The position numbers were made by a program, and so were the translations under genes. A stretch of DNA of 64,000 nucleotides from Candidatus Thorarchaeota archaeon (GTDB lineage: Archaea; Asgardarchaeota; Thorarchaeia; Thorarchaeales; Thorarchaeaceae), in assembly GCA_046758445.1 (NCBI GenBank), contig JBHIAE010000004.1, forward strand, positions 41,547 through 105,546. Reading direction: 5' to 3'. Position 1 is the first letter of the stretch. Every line of letters starts with the position of its first letter. Positions 1 to 10,056 of this stretch are shown here, in pieces. The notes under the pieces were generated by a model, which made no database searches, had not been told where the DNA came from, and saw nothing but the letters and a program-made list of their open reading frames with translations.

Positions 1-22
1 GGTTCAACATGAGTGAAAGAAA

Positions 23-685
23 ATGGGAACGTTCTCTAGGATTTTCGGACTGGGAGACAAGGACCTGCAGAAGCAGGCAGATGAGCTTCTCCTAAGACTC
101 AGCAAGGCGCTTCAATCCGCGAGTGCAAAGCTGAACGTCTGTGCAGACGACTGGGATGAGGGAAAGACGAAGAACCTTGATGACCTTGAGTCGGAGATCA
201 TCAGCCTTGAGAGAGAGGCTGACGTCGTGAAGGACGAGCTCTTTGAGAAGATATTCTCTAAACGGGCATACCTTCCGCAGCAGACTCAGGAGCGGCATGA
301 ACTAGTCATACATATGGACAGCGTCATAGACGCAGCAGAGGAAGCTGTGAGAATGATGCTGATAGGCCGCAAGTATGAGCCACCCAAGGAGATACATGAG
401 ATAGCCGAGAAAGGCTGGATTTGCACTGACCTTCTACAAGACGCAGTGAAGTATCTCTTTACTGACTTCAAGAAATCAGTTGAGTATACTATCAAGCTTG
501 ACAGAGTCAGAGAGGAAGCGAGAGATCTCCAGTTTGCGCTCCTAGAGAGGCTCTTCAACGATGAGAGATTCAGTCCGAAGGAAGTAAGTCTGTTCCGTGC
601 CATCTCGGAGAGAATTCTTCGCGTGGCCATTAGGGCTGAGGAAACAGGCGATTTCATCCGAACGCTCGCTGTGAAGTACTCATAG
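23..685 (+). CDS. DUF47/PhoU-like phosphate transport regulator
   Basis: All-helical 220 aa with LEREAD..K and two internal repeats; directly upstream of a PiT transporter, the usual DUF47-PiT pairing. Confidence 0.85.
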   Translation: MGTFSRIFGLGDKDLQKQADELLLRLSKALQSASAKLNVCADDWDEGKTKNLDDLESEIISLEREADVVKDELFEKIFSKRAYLPQQTQERHELVIHMDSVIDAAEEAVRMMLIGRKYEPPKEIHEIAEKGWICTDLLQDAVKYLFTDFKKSVEYTIKLDRVREEARDLQFALLERLFNDERFSPKEVSLFRAISERILRVAIRAEETGDFIRTLAVKYS

Positions 686-702
686 ACGGAGGGCCTTTTG
701 GT

Positions 703-1731
703 ATGGACCCCCTCCTGTTAGGAGCCCTGCTCATCATCAGTTTTCTAGTTGCCTTTGCAATAGGGAGCAATGATGAGGCCATGGCTCCTGCTGTTGGGGC
801 GCAGGTGTTCACAGTGCGGGCTGCTGTAGCCATAGGAGCCTTGATCACAGTATTTGGAGCGGTGTCCATGGGGGGCAATGTATCTGAAAAGGTGGGGTCA
901 GACCTAGTAGGAGGAATGACACTCACCACTGGAATGGTATTTGCCATCCTAATCTCAATGGCTATGTGGCTACTGATTGCATCAGCGACAAAAGGTCTGC
1001 CAATTAGCACAACTCAATGTATCGTGGGTTCAGTGATTGGTGTCGCAATATTCGCTCCAGTCGCGGGCTATTCCGATTGGGGGTTACAAACAATTGACTG
1101 GCTTGTAGTCCTTGAGGTCTTTGCAGGTTGGATCATCTCTCCAGTGATTGGATTCTTAATTGCCGCCGCTGTCTTCGCATTCGTAAGACGCATTCAGAAG
1201 AGAGCACAAGGGTTCACAGCTCTTGAGAGGCAGGAGAGAATCGCATCCTACGGGCTTGCCGTCTTTCTCATTATCACGTCACTTGCCAGGGGAGGGAATG
1301 ATGTCGCCAATGCGATAGCACCCTTGATAGTGCTGCCAGAGTTTGCAGGGACATTTGACGTGGCAATCGCCGTCGTGCCAGCGATAATCATCCCATTACT
1401 GGTTGGTGGAATCGGTATGGCAATTGGCCTCATAGTGATTGGTCGGAAAGTAATCAGGACTCTAGCTACAGAAGTAGTGACTCTATCTCCATCATCGGCA
1501 CTCTCGGCAAGTGTATCAGTAGCCCTTGTGATGTTTGTGGGTACGCTTCTAGGACTGCCCTTGAGTGGAACACATGTACTAGTGGCAGCGTTGATTGCAG
1601 TCGGTTGGGTGTCAGAAACACCAGTTCAGATGACGCAAGTGAAAGAAATCCTGATTTCCTGGGTAGTCACTGTTCCCATATCAGCTCTGTTTGGAGTGGC
1701 TGTGCTTTGGATTCTTCAGGGTCTAGTCTGA
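703..1731 (+). CDS. Inorganic phosphate transporter, PiT family
   Basis: Two PHO4 signatures (GSNDEA, GGNDVANA), LPISTTQ and LPLSGTH motifs, about 10 TM segments. Confidence 0.93.
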   Translation: MDPLLLGALLIISFLVAFAIGSNDEAMAPAVGAQVFTVRAAVAIGALITVFGAVSMGGNVSEKVGSDLVGGMTLTTGMVFAILISMAMWLLIASATKGLPISTTQCIVGSVIGVAIFAPVAGYSDWGLQTIDWLVVLEVFAGWIISPVIGFLIAAAVFAFVRRIQKRAQGFTALERQERIASYGLAVFLIITSLARGGNDVANAIAPLIVLPEFAGTFDVAIAVVPAIIIPLLVGGIGMAIGLIVIGRKVIRTLATEVVTLSPSSALSASVSVALVMFVGTLLGLPLSGTHVLVAALIAVGWVSETPVQMTQVKEILISWVVTVPISALFGVAVLWILQGLV

Positions 1732-1798
1732 GTTTGGCTAGGGCGAGAATCCTGTGAAGCGCGAATCTCATCAGAACGCTCATGAGCTCTTAGTGACC

Positions 1799-2551
1799 CT
1801 ACCGATCGACTTGTGGAATCCTATGAATCAGGATATACTCCTTGGCCAGTTGTCCGATTTGCCTAGCCTCATCCTTGGAAAGATGGACCCTTCGCTCTGA
1901 TTGAGGGGTTTCTTTTCTGGTGGCCTCTATGATAGCAAGGTCTGTGCCGCGTGCCACAGTTTCGGCACCAAGGCAAGGTCTTGTGTCACCGGTGTAACCA
2001 ATTATGGTGTCCCCAACGCGTACCCTATAACCCAGAGCTGGCATGAATACATCTCCTTCTGCAGCATTCTCCATGCCGTAATGCTCTACTCGGATTCCTT
2101 TCACCTTGAAGAAATCGGTGTCGAATTCTGAATCTGGTTTCAGCTCATGATACCAGAAACTGAAAGGAAGAGTGTCGCTGTAGGCCTTCCTAAAACCTCT
2201 GATTGCATCTATTGCCTCTTTGCAGCCCTCTGGTAGGAGAATGTGCAACTGTTCTGTCCTCTTCATCATGCGTAAAAAGCCGAGGAGCGAATGAATTCCA
2301 CCCATGTGATCAAAATGACCGTGAGTGATTGATACTAGGTCAAGATCATGCACGAGTTGAGTACCGCCCCATTCAAGCAGATCCCTGAGCGCACCATCAC
2401 CCACATCCAACAGCATAATCTTGCCAGTGAATCTAGAGGTGAGAATGATGGTAGTGCCTACGCCCGCTGCACTGAAGGGTATATGGACCTCAACCTCATC
2501 ATTCTCCCAATGGAAGGGTCCTTGTTCAGATTCTTGATTCATTTGAATCAC
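1799..2551 (-). CDS. MBL-fold metallo-hydrolase (RNase Z-like)
   Basis: LLDVGDG, ITHGHFDHMGG, YTGDTRP and IEAT motifs. Confidence 0.85.
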   Translation of the reverse strand: MIQMNQESEQGPFHWENDEVEVHIPFSAAGVGTTIILTSRFTGKIMLLDVGDGALRDLLEWGGTQLVHDLDLVSITHGHFDHMGGIHSLLGFLRMMKRTEQLHILLPEGCKEAIDAIRGFRKAYSDTLPFSFWYHELKPDSEFDTDFFKVKGIRVEHYGMENAAEGDVFMPALGYRVRVGDTIIGYTGDTRPCLGAETVARGTDLAIIEATRKETPQSERRVHLSKDEARQIGQLAKEYILIHRIPQVDR

Positions 2552-2631
2552 ATGCGTCTTGAAGTTCGAGAGTGCGGTGAGGTTCCTCGTGGAGGAATCT
2601 TGGGCGACTCCTCCATACTGGAACCGATAGA

Positions 2632-3855
2632 CTAGGATTGGTCATAGCCTAGCTTTGGAACTCGCGCAAGCCAGTTCAGGAAGTAACCTATGATAACTGA
2701 GATCACGAGGCCGCCTGATGCAAGGAGAAGCGTGTCAAAGAGCGTTGGAGTAGCCCCACTCAGAATCTGCATCCAGCTCCAGTAGAATCCTGCCAGAGTC
2801 ATTCCTGAGAAAGCCACCTTCTTCAGCGGCACCTTGACGCGCTTGGTCTGGAAGACGTCCATATCTGTCAGTGCGGCGGCCAGTGCGCCACCTTTGTCAG
2901 GCTTGAGTTTGAGGCGCTTCGAGAAGACGCCAACTGTCACCTTGCTCTTTGGCTTGACCACTTTCAATGCTTTTGGAGCGTAATCCGCAATGTCATCCGA
3001 GAAGTATCGCACAGCGCTTGGTACATCAATGCCACACTTCTGACACTCCACTGCGTTCTTCTTCCACTTCTTTCCACACTGTGGACACCTCTTGTGATCC
3101 CATGCGCTCCCAGCAGCCTCACTGACACGTTTCACGACCTCCTCTTTGCCTACCTTTTCAGCTTGTTTCTTTGGACTTCTCCTTAGCACGACCGCTGGTG
3201 GGAAGATCCCCACGTCTGAGGCGCTCTTTGCTCCTCGAAGCTTGCGTGCAGCAAATATCCCCCCTTGGAAATCATCAAGTGCCATAATGAGGGAGAAGAC
3301 AGCCATTATCGTGAACGTTAGTGTAAGGAGCCCGTTCAGTGAGAGTATTGCTCCGAAGCCCGTGGCTCCAAGTTGCATAATGAAATCCTGATTGAGTGCG
3401 GTATAGTTGCCTGGGTCCGCATCAAGCGTGTAGTTGAGCCCGAAGGATCCAAGCAACGTGCCTGACAAGAGATCAATTCCGCCATAGGTTAGTGAGGCCA
3501 GGGGGACTGACGCATTCATTAGACTCGCTGTGTATCCTGACGGCACAGATGCACCTATTGAGAACGGTTGGTTGATGATTGGGACTCCGAGGTAGGTCAT
3601 CATGAGGATTCCCGAGTGAAGTGTCATGTTCGCAGCCACATCTATTGTGATCTCAATGGTCATGCCTTCTGTCAGGTTTACTGGAATCTGGTTCGTTTCA
3701 CTCGAGTCTGCAGCAGAAATACCATTCACTTCAAGTAGAAAGGACAGATTCCCATCATCCGTCCATGTCTGTGCCTGCACCGGTAACATCAGTGGCGCAC
3801 ACAGAGTGTACGCTAGAAACAGCAAGAGCGCAATCTGTGGTAGCGTCTTCTTCAT
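2632..3855 (-). CDS. Membrane protein: signal peptide, extracellular beta domain, TM, cytoplasmic zinc ribbon, C-terminal TM pair
   Basis: N-terminal signal peptide, CPQCG...CQKCG motif, hydrophobic segments. Confidence 0.7.
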   Translation of the reverse strand: MKKTLPQIALLLFLAYTLCAPLMLPVQAQTWTDDGNLSFLLEVNGISAADSSETNQIPVNLTEGMTIEITIDVAANMTLHSGILMMTYLGVPIINQPFSIGASVPSGYTASLMNASVPLASLTYGGIDLLSGTLLGSFGLNYTLDADPGNYTALNQDFIMQLGATGFGAILSLNGLLTLTFTIMAVFSLIMALDDFQGGIFAARKLRGAKSASDVGIFPPAVVLRRSPKKQAEKVGKEEVVKRVSEAAGSAWDHKRCPQCGKKWKKNAVECQKCGIDVPSAVRYFSDDIADYAPKALKVVKPKSKVTVGVFSKRLKLKPDKGGALAAALTDMDVFQTKRVKVPLKKVAFSGMTLAGFYWSWMQILSGATPTLFDTLLLASGGLVISVIIGYFLNWLARVPKLGYDQS

Positions 3856-3958
3856 TCAAGACTATCCTCCTATTGCCAAAGCATCGAAACGTGCTAAGTC
3901 TGCGTCACTTTAATGATTATCGAGTCTGTAATAGAGGGCGGGCATGACATGTCCATTC

Positions 3959-4336
3959 TCAGTACTTGCTCTTGAATGCGTCTTCTATCTCCCTATCAAA
4001 CTCCTCGTCGTCATCAAGCTCGAAAACTACGCGACGCTTTGGTGGAGGAGGCGGCGGCATCTCCCAGTGCAAGGCTGCACCCAGCGCAATCCCACCAAAG
4101 GTGGAGAAGATACTAAGCATGACCTCGAAAGTCCCAACATCTGTAAAGAATCCAGACCCTGCATAGGCAAAGGCGATGATGGCCCCTCCAAAGAGTCCAA
4201 AGACGATGCTTAGCATTGCACGATCCCGAACTCTGAAACTCTTGTACCCTCCCAAAGAGTAGCCGATAACGAACCCAATCAGTAGACCGGGAAGACCCCA
4301 GATGAGTGCATCAAAGGGTGTGATGGCCTGCAGCAA
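3959..4336 (-). CDS. Small 3-TM membrane protein with Pro/acidic tail
   Basis: Gly-rich TM helices, PPPPPP followed by acidic C-terminus. Confidence 0.7.
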   Translation of the reverse strand: MLQAITPFDALIWGLPGLLIGFVIGYSLGGYKSFRVRDRAMLSIVFGLFGGAIIAFAYAGSGFFTDVGTFEVMLSIFSTFGGIALGAALHWEMPPPPPPKRRVVFELDDDEEFDREIEDAFKSKY

Positions 4337-4453
4337 GACTCAATCCACTCGATGGATGAATATGAAGTCAGCTCACATAATACTTACCATTTCAGATTTG
4401 GCCATCAAAACAGTTTTACTCTGCGAGAAGTAGCTGCGATAAGGTGCATTTCG

Positions 4454-5014
4454 TTGAGCGCGAGGACCGAGCTAATCCTTGGGGAGATATTAAGGCGTAG
4501 AAGTGGCCGGGCGTATTCGGATGAGCCAGTACCTGATGATATGTTAGAGTCAATCCTAGAGGCAGGCCGTAGAGCACCATCCTGTGGCAACACTCAAGCA
4601 TGGAACTTCATTGTCTTGAAGGACAGAAACGTCTTGGAAACTGCACACGAAGCCTTGAGCCGAGGTAACTCATGGTGTAAGAGAGCTCCAATCATGCTCA
4701 TCGTCGCTGCAAGAGAGGACGGTGGATGTTCTTCACATGGACTACCCTATTTCATGATGGACATCGGTCTCACTACTGAGAACATCCTTCTTCAGGCGTT
4801 TCATCTCGGACTGATGGCTCATCCCACTGCAGGCTGGAGTGAAAAGAAGCTGAAGGAGATAACGGGAATTCCTGAGGAGTATCGGATTGGAACTGTGATC
4901 TTCATTGGATATGAAGGAAACATAGAAGAGCTAAATGAAAGAAACCGTGAGAAGGAGAAGACTCCCTCTACTAGAAGACCACTCTCTGAGATTGTACACT
5001 GGGACAGATGGTAA
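4454..5014 (+). CDS. Nitroreductase family protein
   Basis: RRSGRAY, RAPSCGNTQAWNF and MDIG..ENILLQA motifs; probable TTG start at 4454 after AAGGTG (ORF track starts at 4352). Confidence 0.9.
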   Translation: MSARTELILGEILRRRSGRAYSDEPVPDDMLESILEAGRRAPSCGNTQAWNFIVLKDRNVLETAHEALSRGNSWCKRAPIMLIVAAREDGGCSSHGLPYFMMDIGLTTENILLQAFHLGLMAHPTAGWSEKKLKEITGIPEEYRIGTVIFIGYEGNIEELNERNREKEKTPSTRRPLSEIVHWDRW

Positions 5015-5015
5015 T

Positions 5016-5183
5016 CTACGGCTTGTACTCCATGTATTCTCCACAGTGCTCCGGCACCGATTGACTACCACAAGTTGCACCCATCCAACAGACTAGTTGG
5101 TCTCCCTCTTGGTGCATTTCCTTGCCGCAATGTATGGGAACGGCGATCTTCTCGCCGCACTTGGGACAGACTAGGCTTGCCAC
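5016..5183 (-). CDS. 55-aa Cys/His-rich metal-binding microprotein (not in ORF track)
   Basis: Hand translation MASLVCPKCGEKIAVPIHCGKEMHQEGDQLVCWMGATCGSQSVPEHCGEYMEYKP; GGAGG upstream of the GTG start; fills an intergenic gap. Confidence 0.8.
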   Translation of the reverse strand: MASLVCPKCGEKIAVPIHCGKEMHQEGDQLVCWMGATCGSQSVPEHCGEYMEYKP

Positions 5184-5283
5184 TACATTGTTCCTCCATG
5201 AGACTACTAAAAGGCTCGATCGTCTAAGCCTCTTAACTATCGTGAACGGTTTTGCTGCTATAAAGCTTTGCCTGAGGCCTCAG

Positions 5284-6582
5284 TCATTTGGACTTCGGAT
5301 AGTACTTCTTCGGGTCCTCGCTGAATACTTTCTCGGCTGTCTTGTGAGCACCAGGGGTGTCAAGCTCAATGTCCCGCTTCAATGACCGGTCTTCTTCTAG
5401 GACCTCCTTGAATACTTCATTCTGAATTATGAGCCTTTGAACTTCGTTGCTCCCAGTCCATATCGTCGCGAGCCTTGCATCTCGAAAGAGCCGCTCGATT
5501 GGATAGACATCCGTGTACCCAATTCCGCCAAGAATCTGCATAGACTCATGGACTGCATTATAACCCGCCTCGGTGCAAAATGCCTTGGCCATGGAAACCT
5601 CCTTCCTACACCAAGCGCCTGTGTCTGCAACCTTTGCAGCCCGGTACGCAAGACCTCGGGCCGCATCGAGCTCCATTGTACAATCGGCGACTTTGAAACT
5701 AATCCCCTCAAACCTTCTGATTTGTCGACCAAAAGCTTCTCTCTTGTTTGCATATCGAATAGCGATCTCAAGGGCGGCTCTTCCCATACCTATGCAACCC
5801 GCAGCAGACGTCAGTCGTTCTGGAACCATCATCGCATTGAAGACATCATTTCCGCTGTTGAGCTCACCCAGAAGATTGTCCTCAGGAATCTCTACATCCT
5901 CCATGACGATCCTCGCGGCACCCATCCCTCTACATCCTAATAGTTCATACTCTTCCTCGACGCGGACTCCGTGGTTCCGGTCCACGAGAAACGCGCTGAG
6001 AGACTCGTGAGGCTTGGCTTCGAGGGCAGTCTTTGCATAGATTAGGAAGTAGTCAGCACCCACTCCTCCCGCAACAAAGCGCTTCTCACCATTGATGACG
6101 AACTTATCCTTCTCTCGAACTGCAGTGGTTATGGTTCCAAAGAAGTCTGATCCACTTCGCGGTTCAGTCAGTCCCTCGCCTCCGATTCTGTCACCTTTTA
6201 GTGTTGGAAGAAGATAGCCGCGTTTCTGTTCCTCAGTGCCGAACTTGTCGATTCCTTCTCCAATGATACTGGGGAGCGAATACGCGCAGCCGAGTGAGAT
6301 TCCCAGAACGCCTATCTCTTCGATTGCGGCCATCTCAGATACCCACCCAAGACCACGTCCGCCGTACTCCTTCGGGAATCTTAGGCCAAGAATATTCTCC
6401 TTCCCAGCCGCCTTGACGAACTCGTATGGATACTCCTTTTCCCTCGAGTCCATCTTCAGGATAAGGTCACGATCCACCTTGTCACGGACAAACGCTCGAA
6501 CTTCGTCACGAACCTTCCTCTCTTTGTCGCTCAATAATACATCAAACACGATCCTAACCTCACGACTTGTACCACTATGCAC
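5284..6582 (-). CDS. Acyl-CoA dehydrogenase
   Basis: LTEPRSGSD, NGEKRFV, REAFGRQI, QILGGIGY and IERLFRDAR motifs. Confidence 0.95.
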   Translation of the reverse strand: MHSGTSREVRIVFDVLLSDKERKVRDEVRAFVRDKVDRDLILKMDSREKEYPYEFVKAAGKENILGLRFPKEYGGRGLGWVSEMAAIEEIGVLGISLGCAYSLPSIIGEGIDKFGTEEQKRGYLLPTLKGDRIGGEGLTEPRSGSDFFGTITTAVREKDKFVINGEKRFVAGGVGADYFLIYAKTALEAKPHESLSAFLVDRNHGVRVEEEYELLGCRGMGAARIVMEDVEIPEDNLLGELNSGNDVFNAMMVPERLTSAAGCIGMGRAALEIAIRYANKREAFGRQIRRFEGISFKVADCTMELDAARGLAYRAAKVADTGAWCRKEVSMAKAFCTEAGYNAVHESMQILGGIGYTDVYPIERLFRDARLATIWTGSNEVQRLIIQNEVFKEVLEEDRSLKRDIELDTPGAHKTAEKVFSEDPKKYYPKSK

Positions 6583-6919
6583 CCCGCAATAAAGAGTCTA
6601 GGGTGTCACCGGATCCACCTTCTCTCTTGACATGAATGGCATCTGATGGACACAGTAGTTCGCAGACAAAGCAGAGTATGCAATCGACCTCGCGGGCTGG
6701 GTCCACAACCTCACCCCACTCATCAGTAGCCCAACGATTGAAGACGTCTGTAGGACATGCCTCAACGCATTTCATGCAGCTGACGCAGGACTCCATGTGG
6801 ACCCCGACAACGTCTCCGTGAATCGTGCCATCGGTTTCGCTGGACCCCCTCCAGACGGGATGGGCTTCATGATGGGTCTGAACTGACCAGGTAGTTCTGA
6901 AGTCCCTGTCAATTGGCAC
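6575..6919 (-). CDS. 2x[4Fe-4S] ferredoxin
   Basis: CVSCMKCVEACP and CILCFVCELLCP. Confidence 0.92.
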   Translation of the reverse strand: MPIDRDFRTTWSVQTHHEAHPVWRGSSETDGTIHGDVVGVHMESCVSCMKCVEACPTDVFNRWATDEWGEVVDPAREVDCILCFVCELLCPSDAIHVKREGGSGDTLDSLLRGA

Positions 6920-7199
6920 GTCGCGTGAGGTAACGTCGCTTCTTATAGCACCTGTGCTCCTGCGGCTTCAAAGGCCTCTGCTACCGAGATGGTCCATCAT
7001 TCTTCCGCTGGATCTGTGTTCTTTCGCCACTGAGCTCTTCCTAAACTGGAAGGTGTCGAACTATGCTCTGTCGGCGTACTGTTGCGGCTGTTCCTGAACC
7101 GATGGAATACCTTGAGTAGATAATCGATCTTCGTGTCTCATATGAATGACGTTGAAGCCTTGCTTCAATGAACAGGACGTCATCATTGTGAAAGGATTA

Positions 7200-7963
7200 G
7201 TGAGCAAGAGACTTGGTACCGTGACACCTCAGTTCGGAGTTGTCTTTCTACTGCTACTTCTGTCATTCGCCGCAGAACCCTGCAATGCGCAGAGGTGTGG
7301 TCGGACAACTTCGATGACGGTAATCACGATGGTTGGACAGCAAGTAGCTGCTCGGTCACTGCGGGTACTTTGCGAACAACGAGTGCCTCTGGATCTGCGT
7401 ACCATGAGAGCACAGTCGCCGATGGCACATGGAGTTTTGATCTGGAGCACACAAACTTGGCAGTAGGGGTATAGATTGGGGATGGCACGGTTACATTCTC
7501 CCAACGGTCTTCTTTGTGAGTACGCACCCTGAGGAAACGCCTTGGTACTTCTACTGTGTTGTCGCCACTCAAGCATCAACGCAGACAGGATACAAGCCCG
7601 TTTTAGAGGCCCGCAAGAATGCTCCCGATGGAGCCGGAGCGTTCTACACTTGGGCCAAGATTGCCAGCTATGATGGTGAGGACGGTGACTTTGGTTGGAA
7701 ACATGTCGACATAGCTCGAACGATAGGTGGGCAGATAACTGTCTGGATTAACGGCACTCTTGTCATTCAGGTGGTAGACACGGACATTGACACGTCGGAG
7801 TACTTCGTGTTCATGGCAGGAAATGATAGGGGGCATAGACAACGTGGTTGTGGACAACGTGCCAATTGCAGCTGGAGTGCCTCTGGAGCTACTGGCGCTT
7901 GGAATCTGCGTGCCGGTCGTCATTGCCGGGACCGTAGTCTGGACTCGTAGAAGAGGTGCATAG
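7200..7963 (+). pseudogene. Frameshifted gene for a secreted, C-terminally anchored beta-sandwich (ConA/LamG-like) protein
   Basis: Segments in different frames join into signal peptide + VWSDNFDDGNHDGWT...GTWSFD + WKHVDIARTIGGQITVWING + IDNVVVD + TM + RRR; breaks near 7287, 7470-7520 and 7830. Confidence 0.7.
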
Positions 7964-8144
7964 AACAGGTCATTTTCTGGCCTGGAGCAACAATCCACTA
8001 CCACAGACTGCGGCAACTTGACACTATGTTGTTGTAACTCCCTAGCAATGCCCGGTCCTCAATCTACTACTGAGTCCTCACGACTTATATACACAACTAC
8101 AGATAGGTTGCGGCACAACTTCGCGAAGAATACGCTTTTGCGGG

Positions 8145-9845
8145 TTGACACAGGAGGTTAACTTCGTGGAAAGAAACCAAACAATCGCGATAGTGGTGAT
8201 TATCGTTATCATAGCGGGAGCAGCCGTTGGCTACTATATGTTTATGATCCCGCCAGAAGGCGGCCCTGTCGAGCAGGTTCTCATCATGGGAACAACTGAC
8301 TCGGTGGAGTCTAGTCTCGATATCGCCCAATCGTATGACTACTTCGGTTGGGAGATAATAGGATCTCTCAGTTCAGGATTAGTCGAAATACAACCCGGCT
8401 CTGAAGCAGGAGCCGATGACATAAACCCGGCTCTAGCCCTAAGTTGGGTACCGAGCTCGGGAGGAACAGTATGGGACTTCACCCTTAGAGAGGGTGTGTT
8501 ATTCGAAGATGGTAGAGAGTTCAACGCCACCGATGTCGTATACACGTTCGAAAGGAACTGCAACCTCACTGGTGACGGTCTCTATGAAGGGGACGGACCT
8601 CAGCTCAACATGGGCTATGGTGACATCATCGACAACGTGACAGCCACAGGCGAGTTCACGGTTAGATTCGAACTCAACATCGCCTTTGCACCATTCCTTC
8701 AATTGATGGCTGCACAATCATCCTTCATGGTCGACAGAGTACATGCACCTAAGGCTACCCTAGTGGCCTACACTCAGGGTGAGAACCGCACAAGTCATCC
8801 TGGAGGCCTAGGTCCATTCCTCTTGGAAGAATGGTCCAGAATTGGCGGAACCGATGAAAGGATAGTCTTGGTGAAGAACCCCGACTATTGGAATGCTGCT
8901 GCGGGACTGCCCAAGGCTGACAAGATCACTATCGTCATGTATGCGTCCGATACAGCATTGGCGTCAGCGATGACATCAGGTGAGATTGACATCGCATACA
9001 GGCAGCTCACTGCACCACAGATTGAGTCATTCAGAGCCAATCCGAATGTGCGTGTCTGGGATGGTATTGGTGCTCAGATCCAGTACATGTGCTTCCAGCA
9101 GGCCACATATCCCTACAACATAACTGGAGTCAGGCAGGCCATCACTGCTGCTCTAAACAGGAGTCGTGTAACAGAAACTGTCTTCCTTGGAACGTTCACC
9201 CCACTGTTCAGCATGATTCCAGCTGGAATGGCATACCACAAGCCGTCCTTCGAGGTACACGGGTCTGCAAACTACACGTTCACTCAGACCGAGCTTGCAA
9301 AATACGGGTACAACTCGACTAACAAGCTGGTCATTGAATTCTGGTATGAGAGCTCAGGGCACTACCCACAGAGTGCTGAACAGGCGCTTGTCTATGAGGA
9401 GGACTTGGAAGCGAGTGGAGTCATTCAGGTCAACCTGAATAATGCCGAATGGTCCTCATACAGAGACCACAGGAACGCGGGCGACATGGAAGTGTTCATC
9501 TACGGCTGGTATCCGGACTTCATAGATCCGGACAACTACGAGTTCTTGCCGTTTGCCTCGTGGCTCAACATGGGTTACAACGCGACCTACCCTGTGGGAG
9601 GCGGAGGCGAACAGCAAGCAGCCCTTTGGAACGATGGGCGCGCTGCTACTACAGATGCTGCTAGGCAGGCTGCATACTATGCTTTGCAGGACCTGCAAGC
9701 CCAAGAGGCCTCTGTAGTTCCACTCTGGCAGAGTGCAACGACTGCGGTGACCAAGCCCACCGTCCATGGTGTTGTGCTAGACATCACTGTGACATGGCGC
9801 CACTGGCTCCTTTACCTCGGTGATGCAGCGACGACTGGTCCATAA
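8145..9845 (+). CDS. Peptide/nickel ABC transporter substrate-binding protein (family 5)
   Basis: N-terminal TM anchor, FTLREGVLFEDGREFNATDVVYTF, GLGPF and GWYPDFIDPDNY motifs. Confidence 0.93.
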   Translation: MTQEVNFVERNQTIAIVVIIVIIAGAAVGYYMFMIPPEGGPVEQVLIMGTTDSVESSLDIAQSYDYFGWEIIGSLSSGLVEIQPGSEAGADDINPALALSWVPSSGGTVWDFTLREGVLFEDGREFNATDVVYTFERNCNLTGDGLYEGDGPQLNMGYGDIIDNVTATGEFTVRFELNIAFAPFLQLMAAQSSFMVDRVHAPKATLVAYTQGENRTSHPGGLGPFLLEEWSRIGGTDERIVLVKNPDYWNAAAGLPKADKITIVMYASDTALASAMTSGEIDIAYRQLTAPQIESFRANPNVRVWDGIGAQIQYMCFQQATYPYNITGVRQAITAALNRSRVTETVFLGTFTPLFSMIPAGMAYHKPSFEVHGSANYTFTQTELAKYGYNSTNKLVIEFWYESSGHYPQSAEQALVYEEDLEASGVIQVNLNNAEWSSYRDHRNAGDMEVFIYGWYPDFIDPDNYEFLPFASWLNMGYNATYPVGGGGEQQAALWNDGRAATTDAARQAAYYALQDLQAQEASVVPLWQSATTAVTKPTVHGVVLDITVTWRHWLLYLGDAATTGP

Positions 9846-9865
9846 ACACATGACTTGTTGAGAAT

Positions 9866-9900
9866 GCAGGCTCAATGCCTGCTTCTCTCTCTTCTTTTTT
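9866..9900 (+). terminator. Hairpin plus pyrimidine/U tract after the substrate-binding protein gene
   Basis: GCAGGC-tcaat-GCCTGC followed by ttctctctcttctttttt. Confidence 0.65.
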
Positions 9901-10056
9901 CAAGAATAGCTCATCTAGTGAGCTCCATTAACTTGCCCTCTTCATTTGGCGGAGCATATAGAGACCCTCACCACTGGGTGAGTACCGATTTCGAAGACCT
10001 TAAGTTGGCTTCACCAGCAGGCTCTTAGTACCGTCCTTCATGCCAAAGGACAAGAG

